Source: a virus
DNA length: 64,000 nucleotides
Virus record (IMG/VR): IMGVR_UViG_3300024261_000007
Span: 32,001-96,000 of that record
Strand: one strand, 5' to 3'
This document shows positions 11,140 through 21,435 of the stretch, piece after piece. The translations under genes were made by a program, and so were the position numbers. Below the pieces are notes generated by a model that was given only the letters and a program-made list of their open reading frames with translations, made no database searches and was not told the origin of the DNA. The first letter of the stretch is position 1, and every line of letters begins with the position of its first letter.

Positions 11140-14100
11140 TGTTTAAATGCGCGCATATAAGTGATGTTCACTTTAGAAGCCTTAAGCGGCACAACGAATA
11201 CATTCAGGTTTTTAACGAAGTTTTTGATAACTTAAAAAAATTAAATTTAGACTGTATTTTTATTGGTGGCGACATTGTACATTCAAAAACACAAGGAATT
11301 ACTCCAGAACTTATTGATATTTTAAATTGGTGGTTTACTTCTTTAGCAGATATAGCCCCTACTCACGTTATCTTAGGTAATCATGACGGATTAATCTTAA
11401 ACGAAGATAGGCAAGATGCAATTACACCAATTGTTAACGCATTAAACAATCCAAACATTTTTCTTTATAAAAAAAGCGGAGTATACCCGTTTTTTAATCT
11501 ACCAAATGGCCAGCAAATAAATTGGTGTGTTTTTTCTTGTTTTGATGAAAAAGGTTGGGAAAACGTAAAGCCTTTAGAAGATGAAATTAACATTGCTTGT
11601 TTTCATGGCGCTGTAACTGGCTCTGTAACTGATATTAATTGGGAGCTTGAAGGAGAGGTCAATTTAAATTTCTTTAAAGGCTACGACTTCGGTTTTTTAG
11701 GCGATATACATAAGTTACAATATTTAGATGAGGAAAAAAGAGTTTTATATCCGGGCTCAACAGTCCAACAAAATTACGGTGAAGACGTATCTAAAGGATT
11801 TGTTTATTGGGAAATAAATAGTAAAAATGATTACGTAAGTAAATTTATTAAAATTAACAATCCACATCCTTTTTTAACTTTAAACTGGAGAGGATCTGTT
11901 GAAGAAACAATAGAATTTGCCAGCAAAGTAAAAAAAAGAGTAAGATTCAGAGTTAAATCAAGTGAAAGTATTTCGCAAGCTGAAATAAAATTATTACACT
12001 ACTATCTTAAAACTGAAAAGGATGCACATGAAATCGTATACCAAGTAGTGCCAAAAGATGACGAAACAAAGCATTGTAGCAGTGAAGAATATAAAAAGTT
12101 AAGTGGCTACAATATACGAAATTCTTTTGATAGGAAAACTTTAATTAACGAGTTTTATGAAAGTTTGGATCAAGAAGTAATAAACAATTTAGATAAGATA
12201 TTTGAAAAAACTCTTGACAAAATTCCTGAAGATCTTAAGGATGTATTTGGTCAAAAATGGTCTATTAATAATTTAAGTTTTGACAATACTTTTTCTTACG
12301 GAAAAGACAACTTTATTGATTTTGATAAAATGTCTGGCGTGGTGGGTATATTTGGAAATAATCGAGCAGGAAAATCTTCTATACCCGGTACTTTAATGTA
12401 TACATTGTTTAACACGACTGATAGGGGCTCTTTAAAAAACCAAGATATTGTAAACATAAGAAAAGGTTTTTGTAATACTAAAGCTAAAGTTACAATAGGT
12501 GCAGAACAATATTTGATTGAAAGAGAAACAATCAAAAAAACAAATAAAAAAGACATAACTACAGCAACTACAAATTTAAAGTTAACTTCTTTAAATAGTT
12601 TTGAAAATGAGTCTGAAGAGCAAAGAAGAGAAACAGAAAAAACCCTTAAAAAGTTAATTGGGACTTCAGAAGACTTTTTGTACACTACGTTTGCTTCGCA
12701 AGGAGAGATGAATACTTTTATTAATGAAAAAAGTAGTGCAAGAAGAACAGTGTTATCAAAATTTTTAAACATTAACATCTATGATGAACTATACAATAAT
12801 TCTCGAGAAGACTATTTATACTTAAAAAGTAGACTAAACAACACTGAAGAAAAAAACTGGTCTGTCTTAATTGAAGATTCATTTAAAGAAATTAAAGAAA
12901 ATGAATTAAAAATATCTTTAAATGAAGCAGAAATTTCTGAATTTAGAAATGATTTAATTAAATTAAATATAGAGCTTAACAATATTTTAAGCAAAACAAA
13001 AAAACACCCATCAGGTCATACACTCAAGACAGCTAACGAAGAGCTTAGCTATAATGAAAATAAAAAACAAGACAATATTAACAAAAAGTCTTTAATGTTA
13101 GAAAAAATATTAGAAATTGAAGAAAATTTAGAAAAAATAAACAATTTCAAAGAAAACTTTTCAATAAAAGATTTAGAAGAAGAAAACAAAAGAATACAAG
13201 AAATAGAAAAGAAAGTTATTAATTTAAAAAATACTCAAAAGAGTGAAAATTTAAAAAACAATTCTTATGAAAATGAAATTAAAATATTAGATCAAGTTCC
13301 TTGCGAAGATAAGTTTCCAAATTGTAAATTTATTAAAAAAGCACATCAAGCTAAAAAAGAAATTGGTGGAATAAAAGAAAATATAAATTTAATTGAAGGT
13401 GACATTTTAGAATTAACCACAGTGTTAAGAAGTCTTAGAGAAAAAGAAATTGATAGCAAAATAAATAAATACAACAGTATATTGAAAAAAGAGTATAAAT
13501 TAAAACTAGATAAAGAAAATACAATACTACAAATATCTCTAAAAGATAAAGAGTTTAGCATCGTTAAAAAAGAAAACGATAGCTTGATAAATATTATTAA
13601 TGAGTTGAAAAGTTTAAACGTAGATCAATTTGTAAACAAAGAATTGTCAATTCAAGAAAAGATTGGTAATGCGCAAGACAATATAAACAATTTAAACTAT
13701 AGAAACTTAGAAATAAACAAGCGAAAATTTGAATTAGAAAGAAACATTCAAGATTACAACAAAGAAAGAGAAGAATATAACAAGTTAATAATTGACTTTA
13801 GGCTTTATGATCTTTTCAACCACTCAGTTTCAAAAAAAGGTATTCCTACAATGATTATTAATTCTTTTCTTCCGAGAATAAACACAGAAATAAACAATAT
13901 TTTAAATGGTGTAGTTTCTTTTAATATCTCTATTGAAGAAGACGAGAAAGGAAACAATTTAAATGTATATATTGACTATGGAGACTCTAAGCGAGTAATT
14001 GAATGTGCAAGTGGAATGGAAAAAATGATGACTTCTATTGCAATTAGAGTTGCGCTAATTAACATATCATCTCTTGCACGATCAGATATATTTATTATTG

Positions 14101-14282
14101 ATGAAGGCTTTGGCACACTTGACGACTCAAACATTGAAGCCTGCGGTAGATTATTAAATAGTTTAAAAAAATATTTTAAGGCTATAATAGTAATATCACA
14201 TGTTGATGCAATTAAGGATATAGTTGACAAAAATATAATGATTTCAATAAAAGGTAAAGACTCACATGTTCGATTTGAATAA
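11139..14282 (+). CDS. Fused Mre11/SbcD nuclease - Rad50/SbcC ABC-ATPase (T4 gp47+gp46-like)
   Basis: Phosphoesterase motifs HISDVH, GGDIVH, GNHD, FHG, LGDIH, YPGS, followed by Walker A GNNRAGKSS, Q-loop SQGE, coiled coil, signature ASGMEK, Walker B IIDEGFG and H-loop VISH. Confidence 0.92.
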   Translation: MFKCAHISDVHFRSLKRHNEYIQVFNEVFDNLKKLNLDCIFIGGDIVHSKTQGITPELIDILNWWFTSLADIAPTHVILGNHDGLILNEDRQDAITPIVNALNNPNIFLYKKSGVYPFFNLPNGQQINWCVFSCFDEKGWENVKPLEDEINIACFHGAVTGSVTDINWELEGEVNLNFFKGYDFGFLGDIHKLQYLDEEKRVLYPGSTVQQNYGEDVSKGFVYWEINSKNDYVSKFIKINNPHPFLTLNWRGSVEETIEFASKVKKRVRFRVKSSESISQAEIKLLHYYLKTEKDAHEIVYQVVPKDDETKHCSSEEYKKLSGYNIRNSFDRKTLINEFYESLDQEVINNLDKIFEKTLDKIPEDLKDVFGQKWSINNLSFDNTFSYGKDNFIDFDKMSGVVGIFGNNRAGKSSIPGTLMYTLFNTTDRGSLKNQDIVNIRKGFCNTKAKVTIGAEQYLIERETIKKTNKKDITTATTNLKLTSLNSFENESEEQRRETEKTLKKLIGTSEDFLYTTFASQGEMNTFINEKSSARRTVLSKFLNINIYDELYNNSREDYLYLKSRLNNTEEKNWSVLIEDSFKEIKENELKISLNEAEISEFRNDLIKLNIELNNILSKTKKHPSGHTLKTANEELSYNENKKQDNINKKSLMLEKILEIEENLEKINNFKENFSIKDLEEENKRIQEIEKKVINLKNTQKSENLKNNSYENEIKILDQVPCEDKFPNCKFIKKAHQAKKEIGGIKENINLIEGDILELTTVLRSLREKEIDSKINKYNSILKKEYKLKLDKENTILQISLKDKEFSIVKKENDSLINIINELKSLNVDQFVNKELSIQEKIGNAQDNINNLNYRNLEINKRKFELERNIQDYNKEREEYNKLIIDFRLYDLFNHSVSKKGIPTMIINSFLPRINTEINNILNGVVSFNISIEEDEKGNNLNVYIDYGDSKRVIECASGMEKMMTSIAIRVALINISSLARSDIFIIDEGFGTLDDSNIEACGRLLNSLKKYFKAIIVISHVDAIKDIVDKNIMISIKGKDSHVRFE

Positions 14283-14526
14283 AGGTTGGCATAAAATTGA
14301 TAAAGATACAGAAGAAAAATTTATAGGTGCTACAAGATTTGTAAAGCCTATAAACGCTGATCATTGTTCAACTTTTTGTCCTGTATGTGATATAGCTATA
14401 GCGACTATAGAAGATGTTAAAGTTATGAAAAAAGAAAACTGTTGTGAAGATTGTTACAATACTTACTATTTTTTAAATAAAGAAAAATGGGAAAGTGGGT
14501 GGCGACCCAATATAAATAATACGTAA
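14266..14526 (+). CDS. Small Cys-rich (Zn-finger-like) hypothetical protein
   Basis: CPVC and CCEDC motifs; overlaps the upstream stop. Confidence 0.65.
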   Translation: MFDLNKGWHKIDKDTEEKFIGATRFVKPINADHCSTFCPVCDIAIATIEDVKVMKKENCCEDCYNTYYFLNKEKWESGWRPNINNT

Positions 14527-14564
14527 CATATAATTATATTTTATATAAAAGAAAGTTTTTTAGT

Positions 14565-14936
14565 ATGGATTATGACTTAATACAAAATTTAGGATGTGCA
14601 ATCGACAATGTTTACAATAATATTTCAGAAAAACCTGATCGACGAACAACTTCAAAGCTGGTTAGTGAAAAGCTTGTTATTGAATATCAAACTATTGTAA
14701 CAATTGCAAAAGATAGTGATTTTAAATACCAGATGGATATGATCAAGTCTGAATCTAAACAAATGATAGACTCAAGGCTTAAGTCTATTAAAGAGTGTTT
14801 TAAAGAATCTGCTAATAGAGCTTTAAAGACAAAAAAAGAAAGTGACTATGATAAAGTTGAAACTTTAACAGTCAGCCCTTACAGTCCTATTAGAACATAT
14901 AAATATTCGTTTTGTGTAAATTACGGTATTAGTTAA
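14565..14936 (+). CDS. Hypothetical protein upstream of terminase
   Basis: 123-aa ORF, TAATG-coupled to the terminase gene. Confidence 0.65.
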   Translation: MDYDLIQNLGCAIDNVYNNISEKPDRRTTSKLVSEKLVIEYQTIVTIAKDSDFKYQMDMIKSESKQMIDSRLKSIKECFKESANRALKTKKESDYDKVETLTVSPYSPIRTYKYSFCVNYGIS

Positions 14937-16564
14937 TGGCTAAAAAGTTAACAAGACAGTCACAAATAAATGAAATTATAAAATGTGGCAAAGACCCTGT
15001 ATACTTTATGAATACGTATTTAAAAATACAGCACCCAATTAGAGGTTTAATTAAATTTAATACGTTTTCTTTTCAAGATGACTGTGTTAAAGAGTTTAAT
15101 CAACATAGATTTAACATTATTTTAAAGTCCAGACAGCTAGGTTTGTCAACTCTAGCAGCAGCCTACTCAGTTTGGCAGTCTATTTTCTATAAAGAAAAAA
15201 ATATTTTAATAATTGCTACAAAGTTAGCAGTTGCACAAAACTTTATAAGAAAAGTAAAGACTTACATAAAATCTATGCCAGGGTGGTTACTTGTTCCGAC
15301 TATAACTGCAAACAATAAACAGCAAGTAGAATTTTCAAACGGGTCACAAATAAAAGCAGTACCTACTTCTGAAGACGCAGGTCGTTCTGAAGCCTTGACT
15401 TTGTTAATTGTAGACGAAGCTGCTTTTGTAAGAAACTTTGACGAATTATGGATGGGTCTATATCCTACACTTTCAACAGGTGGTCGCGCTATAATACTAT
15501 CCACGCCTAACGGTGTTGGTGGTCAATATCACGAAATATATACTAAGGCAGAAAGAAAAGAGAATAAGTTTAATCCTATTAAGTTAATGTGGGATGTGCA
15601 TCCTGAACGTGGTGATGAGTGGTTTGAAAAAGAAACTAAGAATATGTCGCAAAAACAGGTTGCGCAAGAGCTTCTTTGCGACTTTGCTTCTTCTGGCGAC
15701 ACATTTCTTTCAAACGACGTTTTAGAAAATATTCGAATTTTAACTTCCATGCCAATAGAAAAAAGTGGCCCTGAGTACAATGTTTGGTATTGGGAATATC
15801 CTATTGAAGGTGTCAATTATATTATATCAGCAGACGTTGCAAGAGGTGACAGCGGTGATTATTCAACTTTTCATGTTATTAACAACAAAGACAAAACAGT
15901 TGCAGTAGAGTTTAGAGGTAAAATACCTCCAGACCACTTAGGTTCTTTAATATATGACACAGCAAGACGTTTTAATAATGCACAAGTGTGTCCAGAAAAC
16001 AATGCCTATGGGTACTCAGTCTTATCAAAAATTGCTGATCTTGGTTATAAGAATATATTTTTTAACTCTGAAAAAGAAAAATATCGATATCTCTATGGAG
16101 AAGGTAATAATATTGGCAAAGCTGGGTTCAATACAAATAAAGACAGCAGAGAAATTATATTGGCAAACTTTGAAGAGTCCTTGAGGAACGGAAGAATTAA
16201 AACCAAATCAACAAGACTTCACTCAGAATTAAAAACATTTATATGGAATGGTAAAAAAGTTGAAGCTATGAAAGGTTACAATGACGACTTAGTAATGTCT
16301 TTAGCTATAGGCTGTTGGCTAATGGACAGTAATGCTGATACGTATAACGTTTCTCAAATACAACATGCAGATGCAATGTTAAAAGGAATGCAAGTTAACA
16401 ATACACAGGCAGATAAAACAGTTATGAAAACTTTTTATAAAAGCAAACATACAAATGTTGATCCTTTTGTTCCTGTTATGCTCCCTGATCATAAATTTAG
16501 TGGTAATGGTAAAATAACAAAAAAGAATCCTCTCGGGGATCTAAGCTGGCTCATAGGAAAGTAA
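14936..16564 (+). CDS. terL: Terminase large subunit (T4 gp17-like)
   Basis: KSRQLGLST P-loop variant, LLIVDEAAF Walker B, STPNG motif III, ADVARG..DYS and NDDLVM nuclease motifs. Confidence 0.95.
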   Translation: MAKKLTRQSQINEIIKCGKDPVYFMNTYLKIQHPIRGLIKFNTFSFQDDCVKEFNQHRFNIILKSRQLGLSTLAAAYSVWQSIFYKEKNILIIATKLAVAQNFIRKVKTYIKSMPGWLLVPTITANNKQQVEFSNGSQIKAVPTSEDAGRSEALTLLIVDEAAFVRNFDELWMGLYPTLSTGGRAIILSTPNGVGGQYHEIYTKAERKENKFNPIKLMWDVHPERGDEWFEKETKNMSQKQVAQELLCDFASSGDTFLSNDVLENIRILTSMPIEKSGPEYNVWYWEYPIEGVNYIISADVARGDSGDYSTFHVINNKDKTVAVEFRGKIPPDHLGSLIYDTARRFNNAQVCPENNAYGYSVLSKIADLGYKNIFFNSEKEKYRYLYGEGNNIGKAGFNTNKDSREIILANFEESLRNGRIKTKSTRLHSELKTFIWNGKKVEAMKGYNDDLVMSLAIGCWLMDSNADTYNVSQIQHADAMLKGMQVNNTQADKTVMKTFYKSKHTNVDPFVPVMLPDHKFSGNGKITKKNPLGDLSWLIGK

Positions 16565-16565
16565 A

Positions 16566-18584
16566 ATGGCAGAAGATAAAAATTTATTTAAACAACTGAC
16601 GTCTCTTTTTAGATCTGGCCCTGTAGTTAAAAGAAAAGTTAAAAAATTTACAGGGAAGACTTCTTCTAAATCTTCATTAGAGATGTTTAAGAAAGCACAT
16701 AGTGATGTATACAACTCAACACTAAGTGCTTATGGTTCTTACGACCGAATGGCAAGATACTCAGATTTTTCAGAGATGGAAGCAACGCCAGAAATAAATT
16801 CAGCGTTAGATATTTACTCTGAAGAGTGTGTTTCTCCTGACGCTGAAGGGAATCTTTTACACATTCATTCAGACAATAGAATGATTCAGCAATTATTAAA
16901 TGAGTTATTTTATGATACTTTAAACGTTGACTTTAATTTAGTCATGTGGGTAAGAAATCTATGCAAATATGGTGATTTTTTCTTATTTAATGACATTCAC
17001 CCAGAATACGGCGTAATCAACGCTTTTCCAATTCCAATTGCAGAAATTGAAAGAGAAGAAGGCTTCGATCCAGAAGATCCAGGTGCAGTAAGATTTAGGT
17101 GGGTCACACAAGGAAATAGAATTTTAGAAAATTGGCAAGTATCACACCTTAGACTTTTAGGCAACGACGCGTTTCTTCCTTACGGATCTTCTGTTTTAGA
17201 AGGAGCAAGAAGAATATGGCGACAGCTTATCCTTATTGAAGATGCTATGCTTGTTTATCGAGTAATTAGATCTCCAGAAAGACGTGTTTTTTATATTGAT
17301 GTTGGCAATATTCCTCCTGAAAATGTTGCTGATTATCTTGAGCAAGCACAGTCAGCTTTAAAAAGAAATGCTGTTGTTGATAAAACAACAGGACAAGTTG
17401 ACTTAAGATACAATCCACTTTCAGTAGACGAAGATTATTTTCTTCCTGTAAGAGGAGGTGACAGTGGTACAAGAATAGATTCTTTAGCAGGCGGCACAAA
17501 TACTTCTGCTATAGAAGATGTTGAGTATATACAGAAGAAACTCTTTGCTGCACTTAAGATACCTAAGGCTTATTTGGGATATGACGAAGACATTGGTGCA
17601 AAAGCAACTCTTGCTCAAGAAGATATAAGATTTAGCAGAACAATACAGCGAATACAAAAAACAATCATAGCTGAGTTGAATAAATTAGCAATGATTCATT
17701 TGTATACACACGGGTACACAGAAGAGAGTCTGTTAGACTTTGAATTAAAACTTAGTAATCCATCAAGTATTGCTCAACAACAAAAACTGGAGTTAATTAG
17801 ATTAAAGTTTGAAATTAGTAGTCAAGCCCCTGAAGGTCTTATAGACAGAGAGTGGATTAGAAAAAGAATACTTGACCTTACAGATGAAGAAATCGCGAGA
17901 ATAGAAGAAGGAAAAGAGAAAGATAAGCTCCGAGACATGGAACTTGAAACTGTAAAACTCCCAGATTCCGACCAGTTTGGTTTTGGTGATGAAGGAGAAA
18001 CTGAAGGAGAACCAGAACTTGGTGGTGATGCTGATTTAGGCGGTGGTTTAGGCGGTGGTTTAGGCGGTGGTTTAGGCGGAGGCGCTGAAGAACCCGCGGG
18101 TGGTGGATTAGAAGGCTTATTCGCAGGTGACATGAAAAATGGAAAGTTAATGTCAGAAGAAGAACTTAATAAATACGACGACTTATTAGGTGAAGTAGAC
18201 AACGACGAAGATGATGAAGTTTCAGATGAGATTAAAAGTAAAATAGGCAAAGGTGCAAAAGTGTCTAATAATTCAAGAGGAAAGTATAGAAAAAATAACA
18301 ATCCATTAGGTAACGATTGGAATCATAATTCTTCTACTTTTATGAGTGTCGAGCCATCTAAACCTTTAAGCGCTTCCGACTTAATGGATGGCATAATGCC
18401 TCAAAGTCCAGTTGTTAGTAAGTTTATTGACAGACAGTTAAGCTATAGAATGAACAAGTCTTTGGATAATATGTCTAAAAAGCTAAATATACAAAACAAA
18501 TCCAATGTTTTATTAAAAGAAGCAAATAGTATAGAAGAAGACATACTTATAGATGATGATTTAGACGAAAAAGAGGAAAACTAA
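16566..18584 (+). CDS. gp20: Portal protein (T4 gp20-like) with acidic/Gly-rich C-terminal extension
   Basis: LIEDAMLVYRVIRSPERRVFYIDVGN, EDYFLPVRG, EDVEYIQKKLFAALKIP. Confidence 0.95.
   Translation: MAEDKNLFKQLTSLFRSGPVVKRKVKKFTGKTSSKSSLEMFKKAHSDVYNSTLSAYGSYDRMARYSDFSEMEATPEINSALDIYSEECVSPDAEGNLLHIHSDNRMIQQLLNELFYDTLNVDFNLVMWVRNLCKYGDFFLFNDIHPEYGVINAFPIPIAEIEREEGFDPEDPGAVRFRWVTQGNRILENWQVSHLRLLGNDAFLPYGSSVLEGARRIWRQLILIEDAMLVYRVIRSPERRVFYIDVGNIPPENVADYLEQAQSALKRNAVVDKTTGQVDLRYNPLSVDEDYFLPVRGGDSGTRIDSLAGGTNTSAIEDVEYIQKKLFAALKIPKAYLGYDEDIGAKATLAQEDIRFSRTIQRIQKTIIAELNKLAMIHLYTHGYTEESLLDFELKLSNPSSIAQQQKLELIRLKFEISSQAPEGLIDREWIRKRILDLTDEEIARIEEGKEKDKLRDMELETVKLPDSDQFGFGDEGETEGEPELGGDADLGGGLGGGLGGGLGGGAEEPAGGGLEGLFAGDMKNGKLMSEEELNKYDDLLGEVDNDEDDEVSDEIKSKIGKGAKVSNNSRGKYRKNNNPLGNDWNHNSSTFMSVEPSKPLSASDLMDGIMPQSPVVSKFIDRQLSYRMNKSLDNMSKKLNIQNKSNVLLKEANSIEEDILIDDDLDEKEEN
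18035..18082 (+). repeat. 12-bp tandem repeat (tttaggcggtgg x4, last imperfect) encoding LGGG in the portal tail
   Basis: Directly visible. Confidence 0.9.
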
Positions 18585-18586
18585 TA

Positions 18587-19420
18587 ATGTCAAAGCACAA
18601 CAAAAAGAGAAATATTGGAATTATATATGAACAAATAATTCAATTTGTGTGTAAGTCTTTGATGGAAAGCAACAATGAAATTGCTGAACAAGGTTTATCT
18701 ATTATAAAAGAGCATTTTAGCGAAGGAACACAGTTAAACAAAGAATATAAACTGTTCAAAGCACTTTCAGACACGAAAGGTGTTTCAGAACACTTGGCCA
18801 ATTCTATTATTTTTGAAGCAAAAAAAGCTTGTAATCACATGTTTAACAATGAAAAGCTTGAAAGAGAAAAAAGTTCTTTAATTAAAAAACTTAACTATAC
18901 TTTTGGCAAAGGCGTTATTTTTGAAGAAAGTGTTAAAAAATATACTGAATATGCAACAATTCAAACTTTGTTAAATGAATGGAGAAATCCTGAGACTGCT
19001 AGCTTTGATTTGACAACAAAATATGAAATTAAATTACACGAGAGTTTATCAAGTTCTCTGCAAGAAGAAAAAACAATTAATGACATTCCTCAAGTTGATT
19101 CAATAACTTATAAATTAATGAACGAAATATTTAGCAAAAAATATTCTTCTTTATTTAATGAAACACAAAATAAAATTCTTAAGCTTTATTCAACTGAAAG
19201 AAACGAAGAATTATTAGAAAGTTTTTCAAATTTAAAAATAAAAACTGGAATGCTTTTAGAAAATTATATTTTAAAGTGCGATAATAAAATATTAAAAGAT
19301 AAATATCAAAAAGTTCTTAACAATATTTCAAAACTTTCAGACGCTGATTTGTCAAAAGAAAATTTGCAAAAATATTTAACTTTATCAAAACTTGAAGAAG
19401 AATTATTAGGAGAAGAATAA
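18587..19420 (+). CDS. Head-module hypothetical protein
   Basis: 277 aa between portal and protease; begins MSKHNKKRNIGIIYE. Confidence 0.75.
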   Translation: MSKHNKKRNIGIIYEQIIQFVCKSLMESNNEIAEQGLSIIKEHFSEGTQLNKEYKLFKALSDTKGVSEHLANSIIFEAKKACNHMFNNEKLEREKSSLIKKLNYTFGKGVIFEESVKKYTEYATIQTLLNEWRNPETASFDLTTKYEIKLHESLSSSLQEEKTINDIPQVDSITYKLMNEIFSKKYSSLFNETQNKILKLYSTERNEELLESFSNLKIKTGMLLENYILKCDNKILKDKYQKVLNNISKLSDADLSKENLQKYLTLSKLEEELLGEE

Positions 19421-20022
19421 TGTTAGCTCCAAAACTTATAACTGAATGGTCTACTTTTGATTACGATGTAAATCTTATAAAAGAGCAAAAAGAAGCAGGA
19501 AAGCCTTTAATTATGAAAGGCATTTTACAAAAAGCTGAAACTTTAAATCAGAATGGTCGTGTTTATCCAAGATCTATTCTTGAAAGAGAGATTAGAAATT
19601 ACCAAAAGTTTATCAAAGAAAATAGAGCTTTAGGTGAGTTAGATCACCCAGACTCTTCTGTTGTTGAGCTTAAGAATGCATCTCATAATATCAAAGAAGC
19701 TTATATGGAAGGTAACGTTGTTTACGGCACTGTTGAGATTCTTAGCACACCGAGTGGTAAGATCTTGCAGTCTCTCGTGGAAAGTGGTGTTACTTTAGGT
19801 ATTTCATCACGTGGTGTAGGCAGTACAAGAACTGAAGGCAATATGCAAATTGTACAAGACGATTTTCAATTAATTTGCTGGGACTTTGTTAGTGAGCCTT
19901 CAACCCCTGGTGCATTTATGATGAAAGAAGGCAGAGAAGTTTCTCCTCAATTCATAAACGAAGTATTTAACAAAACAGATAGAATAGATAGAATTTTTAA
20001 TGATATATTGGAGTGGAAATAA
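19420..20022 (+). CDS. gp21: Prohead core protease (T4 gp21-like)
   Basis: NQNGRVYP, ALGELDHP, SH, GISSRGVGS, WDFVSEPSTPGA. Confidence 0.95.
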   Translation: MLAPKLITEWSTFDYDVNLIKEQKEAGKPLIMKGILQKAETLNQNGRVYPRSILEREIRNYQKFIKENRALGELDHPDSSVVELKNASHNIKEAYMEGNVVYGTVEILSTPSGKILQSLVESGVTLGISSRGVGSTRTEGNMQIVQDDFQLICWDFVSEPSTPGAFMMKEGREVSPQFINEVFNKTDRIDRIFNDILEWK

Positions 20023-20585
20023 TGGCAATATCACATATACCAAGATCTGTCGGGCACAACTTTGCTCCAGAATACCAAATTAGCGCTGTACCTTTTAACG
20101 CAAAAAATTCTGACGGCAGTAGATTTGTAATTAAAAAAGCAACAGGAAAAATAGTAGGCACAGTAGCAGCAGCAAATGATGGTGATTTAACGGACGATGT
20201 CTGGACAAGAACAGATAATACGTTGTCTGATGATGATCTTAAAGATAATGATGCAGGCAATGCTGATATTGCTAATTTGCATGCTGACTATGGTGTTATA
20301 AGAAAATATGAATTTAAAAAAATAACACAATGGTTACAGTTTAAAACTGTTGGTCAAGCAACTAATGTTTATTTTAGTAGAAAAGAAGCAGTTTCTAGTA
20401 CAACAAATTGCTTAGAATTAGCTGCTAATGAAGAAACATTAATTTTGCCGATTAGATGTGTTAATATTTACATGCCTGATGCTGTTGCTGCTAATCAAAC
20501 AATGCATATTAGAGTAGGATTAACTTCAATAGATAGATCAGAATTTACAGAAATGATAGAAACATTTTTAGGTGATACAGAGTAA
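20022..20585 (+). CDS. Hypothetical head-module protein
   Basis: Start reassigned to the ATG overlapping the protease TAA (TAATG) instead of GTG 20013. Confidence 0.7.
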   Translation: MAISHIPRSVGHNFAPEYQISAVPFNAKNSDGSRFVIKKATGKIVGTVAAANDGDLTDDVWTRTDNTLSDDDLKDNDAGNADIANLHADYGVIRKYEFKKITQWLQFKTVGQATNVYFSRKEAVSSTTNCLELAANEETLILPIRCVNIYMPDAVAANQTMHIRVGLTSIDRSEFTEMIETFLGDTE

Positions 20586-21028
20586 TGGCAAAAGTAAGTA
20601 AAGAATTATTAAAAGAAATAGTAAAAGAATGTCTTGTAGAGATTCTTGCTGAAGGTTTAACAGGAGGCAATACTACACAGTTAAGTGAAAGTATTGAAAG
20701 AGTTTCTTCACGTAAGTCTCGAAAAAGTCCATCTTCAAGGATTATGAAAAACATGTTGCCTTCTAAAAAAGTTGTCAATGAAAAATTTGAAGAAAACACA
20801 AGACAAGTTATTTCTCGAGCAACAAAAGATCCTGTCATGGCAGAATTGTTAGCAGATACTGCAAAGACAACATTACAAGAACAAAATTCTTCAGACCAGC
20901 CAAATAAATTTACTGCTCAACCTCTTGATAGCATTAGCAGAACAGTCGCGGAAAGTGATCCTTCAGAATTGTTTGGAAAATCAGCTTCAAATTGGGCACA
21001 GTTAGCTTTTGCAGGTAGCCCTGAGTAA
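20585..21028 (+). CDS. Putative prohead core/internal protein
   Basis: N-terminus MAKVSKELLKEIVKECLVEILAE; TAATG coupling. Confidence 0.7.
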   Translation: MAKVSKELLKEIVKECLVEILAEGLTGGNTTQLSESIERVSSRKSRKSPSSRIMKNMLPSKKVVNEKFEENTRQVISRATKDPVMAELLADTAKTTLQEQNSSDQPNKFTAQPLDSISRTVAESDPSELFGKSASNWAQLAFAGSPE

Positions 21029-21111
21029 TTTTATTTGTTGTTGCAAAAAGTTTTGCATACATTCATATATTTATTATTAGACAAAACTAATATAGATGTA
21101 TGGAGTTTGAA

Positions 21112-21390
21112 ATGGCAAGAGCTAAGAAATTAACTAATCGTATGCTGCGTAGACTTATTGCTGAAGAGCGCGCAAGACTTAACGAGACTTTAGAGATGGG
21201 ACTTAAACACCCATCAGAAGCACCAAAAAGAACTCGCGAAGTTCAAGCTGACAAAATGGCAAACACTCTTGAAGATTGTGTAAATTATTATAAAGCTTGC
21301 AAGTTAAAAGAAGCAAAACTTGTTGAGCAATTAGCATTTGTACAAGAAGCAAAGCGTCGTTTAAAGAAAAGACTTTTAAGCAAACTTTAA
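21112..21390 (+). CDS. Small putative core/internal protein
   Basis: GGAG at 21102 favours ATG 21112; MLRRLIAEE..LNE motif. Confidence 0.7.
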   Translation: MARAKKLTNRMLRRLIAEERARLNETLEMGLKHPSEAPKRTREVQADKMANTLEDCVNYYKACKLKEAKLVEQLAFVQEAKRRLKKRLLSKL

Positions 21391-21435
21391 TTTGTAATAA
21401 TTAATATTGTAATAAACAACTAGGAGAATATTCAA

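Noticed and set aside
1-14282. Giant eukaryotic virus (NCLDV) origin suggested by AT/Asn-rich genes, PolX and the Mre11-Rad50 fusion
   Set aside because: HK97/gp23 capsid, contractile tail genes, Shine-Dalgarno sites and operonic coupling indicate a prokaryotic tailed phage.
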